A stretch of 64,000 nucleotides of DNA from NCBI GenBank assembly GCA_965235115.1, contig OZ249436.1:32800001-32864000 (forward strand), written 5' to 3'. The notes beneath the pieces are model-generated. The model did not search any database, was not told the origin of the DNA, and worked only from the letters and a program-made list of their open reading frames with translations. The translations under genes were made by a program, and so were the position numbers. The first letter of the stretch is position 1; every line of letters starts with the position of its first letter. Below, one piece after another: positions 57,651 through 64,000 of this stretch. Source of the stretch: Laetmonice hystrix (lineage: Eukaryota).

Positions 57651-60600
57651 GGCCGGGCTGGCGAGCGATCAGCGAAGGGATAGGATTCTGCAATGAAAAG
57701 CGAAAAAATTGCTTCACTTTTGATACGTAAAATTTAAATTATGTCCCCAAAATTATCACTTTTGGCTAGATGTAAAACTGTAAAGCATATCCGTCTCGTA
57801 GGTTCGCTACAGATAAATCGTTGTCAAATGTAGTATACTGTCCATTTGAGTATCTTCTCCAAATTTTAACCGTAAATGCTCATCACCGGTACCTTTCATT
57901 CTCACTGCCTCACTGTACTGTTTGCTTGGGTACTGAGCCAGCCAGTAAGATCTAGGGACTTCTCACTGTACTGTGTGGCCTCCCATACTGCTTAGACTCA
58001 CAGTGCTCTTTGGCCTCACTGTACTGTTTGGCCTCACTTTACTGTTTGCTTGGGTACTAGGGCAACGGGTACCATGTAAGGACTCCTCACTGTTCTGTTT
58101 GACCTCCCTGTACTGTCGGCTTGCATACAACGGTGGCCAGTAGTGTAAGGACGCCTCAAGTTTCATGTCTCCAAGCCTTTATTTTCCAGGAGGCAGGCCA
58201 TACGTTTCGTCGATCATTTCCTCTCATCTAATCTGTTTCTCCTACAGACCGTCTGTAAGCGTCCTACAACCTTGTCAGGTAGTCCCAATGGCAAATTGCC
58301 GTAAAGGTTTAAATTAACAATGCCAAATGAAATGGTTGTACGCCTTTTCTACATCACATTATCTCATCCTCATGTAAAAAAAGATTACAGAGATGTTGCA
58401 AGCAAACGCCACCCTGCTGTCGTCAGGTGCCGCTTCCGACTGCACTGCCACCTTCCGGCTACCGGTGGAATCACCACGTATACCTGGCCGGGCTGACGGG
58501 CACCTGTTGCGCTCAGCGAAGAGATAGGATTCTGCAATATAAAGCGAAAAATTGCTTCACTTTTGATACGTCAAATTTAAATTATGCCCCCAAAATTATC
58601 ATTTTTGGCCAGATGTATAACTGTAAAAGATATCCGTCTCGTACGTTCGCTCCAGATAAATGGTTCTCAAATGTTTACTTTCCATTTTAGTATCTTCTCC
58701 AAATTTTAACCGTATACGATGCTCCTCGCCTATACCTTTCATTTTCAATACCTCTCTGTACTGTTTCCTTGGGTATTGGGCCAGCCAGTAAGATGTAGGG
58801 ACTCCTGACCGTACAATGTGGCTTCCCATACTGCTTGGCCTCACAGTGCTGTTTGACCTCACTGTACTGTTTGCTTGGGTACGAGGGCAACGGGTACCAT
58901 GTAAGAACTCCTCACTCTACTGTTTGGCCTCCCTGTACTGTTTGGCCTCCCTGTACTCTTCGGCCTCACTGTACTGTTTGCTTGCATACAACGGTAGCCA
59001 GTGGTGTAGGGACGCGTCAAGTTTCATGTTTCCAAGCCTTTATGATGCAGGAGGCAGGCCATACGTTTCGTGCATCATTTACTCCCATCTAATCTGTGTC
59101 TCCTATAGACCGTCTGTAAGCGTCCTACATCCTTGTCAGGTAGTCCCAATGGCAATTTGCCGTAAAGGTTTAAATTAACAATGCCAAATGAAATGGTTGT
59201 ACGCTTTTTCTACATCACATATCTCATCCTCATGTAAAAAAAGATTACAGAGATGTTGCAGGCAAACGCCACCCTGCTGTCGTCAGGCGGCGCTTCCGAC
59301 TGCACTGCCACCTTCCGGCTACCGATGGAATCACCACATACCAGAAGGCCGGGCTGGCGAGCAATCAGCGAAGGGATAGGATTCTGCAATGAAAAGCGAA
59401 AAAATTGCCTTACTTTTGAAACGTCAAATTTAAATTATGCCCCCAAAATTGTCATTTTTGGCCAGATGTATAACTGTAAAACATATCCGTCTGGTACGTT
59501 CGCTCCAAATAAATAGTTGTCAAATGTATACTTTCCATTTGAGTATCTTCTCCAAATTTTAACCGTAGATGCTGCTCGCCTATACCTTTCATTTCCACTA
59601 CCTCCGTGTACTGTTTGCTTGGGTATTGGGCCAGCCAGTAAGATGTAGGGACTCCTGACTGTACTATGTGGCTTCCCATACTGGTTGGCCTCACAGTGCT
59701 GTTTTGCCTCACTGTACTGTTTGGCCTCACTGCACTGTTTGCTTGCATACAACGTTAGCCATTAGTGTAAGGACGCGTCAAGTTTCATGTTTCCAAGCCT
59801 TTATTTTCCAGGAGGCAGGCCATACGTTTCGTCGATCATTTACTCTCATCTAATCTGTGTCCCCTACAGACCGTCTGTAAGCGTACTACAACCTTGTCAG
59901 GTAGTCCCAATGGCAATTTGCCGTAAAGGTTTAATTTAACAATGCCAAATGAAATGGTTGTACGCCTTTTCTACATCACATATCTCATCCCCATGTAAAG
60001 AAAAGATGACGGAGATGTTGCAGGCAAACGCCACCCTGCTGTCGTCAGGCGGCGCTTCCGACTGCACTGCCACCTTCCGGCTACCGATGGAATCACCACG
60101 TATACCTGGCCGGGCAGGCGGGCGATCAGCGAAGAGATAGGATTCTGCAATGAAAAGCGAAAAAATTGCTTCACTTTTGATAACGTTAAATATAAATTAT
60201 GCCCTCAAAATTATCATTTTTGGCCAGATGTAAAACTTTAAAACATATCCGTCTCGTACGTTCGCTACAGATAAATGGTTGTCAAATGTATACTTTCCAT
60301 TTGAGTATCTTTTCCAACCGTATATACCTTTCTCCAACCGTATATACGTTTTTGAGATCTCATCATTTACATCGATCTCGAAGACCACAAATTTCGACCC
60401 GGAAAAAGCGGAAAACCGCGAATCCGCGGAAAATGCTCATGTCTGAATATCATAGATCTTGTTTTCCACTGCGATCATTAGTAAAATAATTTAGGCCTTG
60501 TCATATGATAATAACAGGAGAGTGATTATCACGCTCCTAAAATGGCTCAGGAGAGCCACGGGAGTGCTGTCTGACTCAATGTCAGACAGAGACTTTGGAG

Positions 60601-61699
60601 CAGCGCCATTATCACTCTCCCCAAACCGAAATGGGGAGCTTGCTGTCTGTTTAGTAGACTAGGATCTGAGATCGTCTCAGCTGAGCTTGAGTCAATTGAT
60701 AAAAAAAACTGGCCCCCTAGCTCGGAGTTAAAATTATGTAAAAGACCATTACTAAACAGTTTATGTGCTCTTTGCTTTGGCTCGAAAATTGCTGCCTTTG
60801 GTAGATCCTGCGATGCAATAAAAGACCTATAAAAATACTTTTTTTCCATCTATAGTTAAAAATATAGGGATTTATAGGGCATTTGAAACTTTATAGGGGG
60901 GTATAGGGAAACCTTAAAAATATAGGACATATATAGGAAATATAGGGCCACTTGAAGCCCTGAAAGCATTTGCAAGTGTAACGTTTACCACAACACGGGT
61001 AACTCAGCGTGACAGGCGGGACATCAACTTACACTGAATTTGACCATCAATCTGTTATCAGCAAAAAGCTAGCTCTTCCTATAGAAATTTAATTGTATAC
61101 CACATATAACTTTTCTCACTACTAAATGTGTGATGTTCACAACATATGATCTTCGGTCTAAACGGGAACTGAACTCTGCCACTGCTCCTAGATTTTGTGA
61201 CAGGCAAGACATAAATTGTGACAGGCGGGACATTATTTATTTAGAATAATCTATATGAAGATTTCTCTGCACTGGTATTTTTAAAGAGCTGTAAACTAAC
61301 TTTATGATGTTTTTTTCGTAACAGGCGGGACAAATGCACAGAGGTAAATATTGGCAGTTAACAACCACGGGTTTCAGGGATAAAATACCTATACATAGAC
61401 TGACTCAAACCTTCAAAGTATAAGGCAACCACAAGATATTATCTCCAAAATAAATATACACTGGGGGAAATTCTTTTAACAAATTTGAACAAAATGTATA
61501 ATTCCACTCTGGTCAACGGTCTCACTGCTAGAGCATGCCGAGCTGGTATATTATGGTTATTTGGTCGTTGCGCCATCTGTCGAATTCCAAAGAAACCAAT
61601 ATCCGACTAGCTTGCATGAAGGCATCTTGAGTCTTCCTCGCGCATCCTGCATTCTACCGCTTGAGCCCAGCCGAGGCTAAACCGGCAGAAGTTGGCCTT

Positions 61700-61905
61700 G
61701 AGGTCATAGACTCACCACCCACACTAAAGGGTCCTCATCGAAGGCGTAGGCCCCTAAGTACCGTAGTACGTCTCACAAAAATGCCTGATAGCCTTGCCCA
61801 GTTCGCTGATAAACAAATGTGTCCCTCCCTAACAATACAGTTTGTAACACTCTGACTTGATACGGTTTAACACGCGAAATTCCAAAGTTTAGCTCCCCTG
61901 ATTTC
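61700..61905 (-). pseudogene. Degenerate RecQ-like SF2 helicase N-terminal fragment
   Basis: FGISRVKPYQVRVLQTVLLGRDTFVYQRTGQG-YQ..*..LVWVVS resembles RecQ motifs 0, I and Ia with the Walker A KS missing and stops. Confidence 0.55.
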
Positions 61906-62248
61906 AGCATCGTCGCGCTGGCATCCAAAGATTCACTGGCCTGCTCGCGGTCCGTTATCGCTGGCGCTGGCTGTCGGTCTCTGCCTCTGGGGACGTTCCT
62001 ACTGGCCAACCAGAAATGCACGCTAATTTTTATGAATGCGCCTCAGGCAGTGCTGTAATCTGATTAGTTCTTGTATGTACTGAACGAGGTGGAAAACAGA
62101 TGGCGCTGCGAAGTACGCGTTTCTGAGAATAGGCAGGCAGTGGGGGGGGGGGGGGGGGGGGTCACTGGAAGCGGTTCAACCTCGAGCGTGGGAGGATAGC
62201 ATGAAGGTAGCAGCAGGTCGACCTTACCCTGCGCGACAGAACAGTCGG

Positions 62249-62524
62249 AAGTGGCTGATTCAGGGGTGCCCACCGGGCCCGGCCCCCCTGTTTTTCAAAA
62301 TCTTACATATTTTCTATGTTTCATGCGTACGAATAATGGAATTTCGTTAAAAGATTTAGAAATTTCTACTCTATTATATATGCCCAGTTCAGAAAACACA
62401 TCTACGGCGTCCATGAAAACAATTTCTGCGGGAGGGCCCCCAGACCCCCCGAAAATGGGCCACCGATTATCCACCAAAAGGCGCCCCCCCCCCCCTCCTT
62501 CCTGAAATCCCGGATCCTCCACTG
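62249..62524. mobile_element. Related MITE with 5-bp TSD
   Basis: Degenerate TIR AAGTGGCTGATTCAGG / CCGGATCCTCCACTG; TSD GTCGG on both sides. Confidence 0.7.
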
Positions 62525-63606
62525 GTCGGCGACTGGATTTTCAGGCTGTAAGTTTTCGGACAGTTAAAAATTCAGGGCATAGACTACTGTAAGCCTATTC
62601 ATTCTAAATCGCCATAACATTAGTCATTCAAACAACGACGTATAAAGAGACATTGATCGATATCTGTATGAGACGAGAGAGAAAACGACAACTCTGAGGG
62701 TTTCTTTTTCATCATTAGGGTCCTGATACAAAAATATTTACACAGAAGGTGCACTGAGCTCTCAGAGGACAGTGCGATATCACAATTTGCTTGTTGCTTG
62801 GCAGGAACTGTCGCTAGGGATGACGGGTAACGTAGTAAGACCTCGTCGCGTTCGTCAGGATGACGCGCGAGGAACGCCACGTCGCCGATACAGGAAGACA
62901 TCCTTTTTACGTCGCTCTTCTGGTCTACTTCCATATATTCTTAAACATGTAAACTTATTTTACAGTGTATGGATGTTAAGATCGCATGGTTATAAGAGCA
63001 CCTCATAGCTGAGGGCAAAACGTACCACACTCCGAGATATGAATCTCAGAAAGACAATCAGAATTATGTGGTCGAACGAAAAGGTGATGTATAGTTCGAA
63101 GACAATGACACCGCATGCATCAATATGTAAATACACTGGTCCTTTGAATACATTTCGTGTAACAATTCTTTTTCACCTGTGCAATTTATATTTCTGGTTA
63201 CTTTTTTTGCGGTGTGTGGGGGTCTTCAGAAAAGCCTCCGTAAAATTAGGCTTCTCTGTTTTCTTTGTTTAAAGAGAATTGGAAATAAGTATTCGAAGCG
63301 CTCAATTTTAGTTCGATACATGTACATATTATCTTGTATACATGCAGGTGGTCTTCGAGAGGAGCTCGTATGTAGCCTACATATACAGGTCTATGTATTA
63401 GTATAATATGAAATTCATAATACATCTATACTTGGGTCCGGTTTCTAAAAGGTAGCATTCGTACACTATTTAAACATGGCACCTGAGGGGTAAGACTTCT
63501 TTGTATCCCTTCACAGATGGTCTCAAACATGGTTTACTGCATTAGTCACAGCCGTTCTCCTTGAAACGTTTAGGGCATGGTTACTAACAAACGACACGGG
63601 CTGTTT

Positions 63607-63788
63607 GATAAATAGACAGGAACGACCGAGTGTGATGATACGGAAAGCTGTATCGGACGAGGCGGCAAGCGCGGAGTAATATCAGCACGAGCCCGATAGG
63701 GCGAGTGCTGATGTAAAACTCCGCGCTTGCCGCCGAGTCCGATACAGCTTTCCGTATCAGCACACGAGTTTGTTCCTGTTTTTATTAC
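63607..63788. repeat. Palindromic (foldback) element
   Basis: GATACGGAAAGCTGTATCGGAC..GGCGGCAAGCGCGGAGT is mirrored around GAGCCCGATAGGGCGAG. Confidence 0.8.
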
Positions 63789-63887
63789 CCCTTTCTACAA
63801 TGTAACGAATATTATGTGACTAAGAAATAACATTTTGGCAAGATCAAGAGGAAAAACCATCCTAGGTCTATGATCTATATACTTGAA

Positions 63888-64000
63888 GCAACAAACGTCT
63901 GGTCGTTTGTTATTTGTGACGTCGTCGTTTGTTCAAAATCGATCTATGCGCTAGGCAACAAACGTCATCATCGTTTGTTATTTGTGACGTCGTCGTTTGT
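63888..64000. repeat. Start of a ~67-bp tandem repeat cut by the window end
   Basis: GCAACAAACGTC..TCGTTTGTTATTTGTGACGTCGTCGTTTGT at 63888 and 63955. Confidence 0.6.

Larger units (their letters stand above)
54675..60330. repeat. Macrosatellite, ~845-bp unit, ~6 copies, with a nested 18-bp minisatellite
   Basis: Marker GCCAGTAAGAT at 54733, 56096, 56763, 57941, 58784, 59634; internal (CTGTACTGTTTGGCCTC[A/C])n. Confidence 0.95.
53834..60962. mobile_element. 7.1-kb non-autonomous TIR element (CAG..CTG ends, hAT/P-like) carrying the macrosatellite
   Basis: 14-bp TIR CAGGGCTTCAAGTG / CACTTGAAGCCCTG; clusters of ATATAGG at both ends; TSD imperfect (AAAACA / AAAGCA). Confidence 0.7.

Noticed and set aside
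55911..59853. ORFs with REAKQY / TVWPPC / STVRPN repeats
   Set aside because: By-products of an 18-bp sub-repeat open in several frames on both strands; frames are not conserved between monomers
62620..62934. 104-aa ATG-initiated minus-strand ORF
   Set aside because: No recognisable motif or supporting splice context; could be transposon debris and needs a BLASTP search

Overview
Eukaryotic, invertebrate-like genomic DNA with many introns. It holds two complete multi-exon genes arranged tail-to-tail, both rebuilt by hand from splice sites and reading-frame continuity. (1) On the + strand, a single-pass receptor guanylyl cyclase resembling insect Gyc32E (CDS 11681-24415, 22 coding exons, about 1167 aa, two GC-AG introns). 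(2) On the - strand, a VWA + Cache domain membrane protein of the CACHD1/alpha2delta family (CDS 50314-29130, 23 coding exons, about 1121-1127 aa). The rest is minisatellites and mostly non-autonomous DNA transposons, many with verifiable terminal inverted repeats (TIRs) and target-site duplications (TSDs). The most unusual features are: two tandem arrays in the cyclase gene made of splice junctions (7 acceptors and 8 donors, only one productive in each); a 3.7-kb foldback element with 1.24-kb double-ended arms nested in another element; a 7.1-kb TIR-bounded element carrying an ~845-bp macrosatellite that has taken two 9-bp-TSD insertions; and a tRNA-headed repeat present as circularly permuted copies. 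Family names come from recalled motifs, not database searches.
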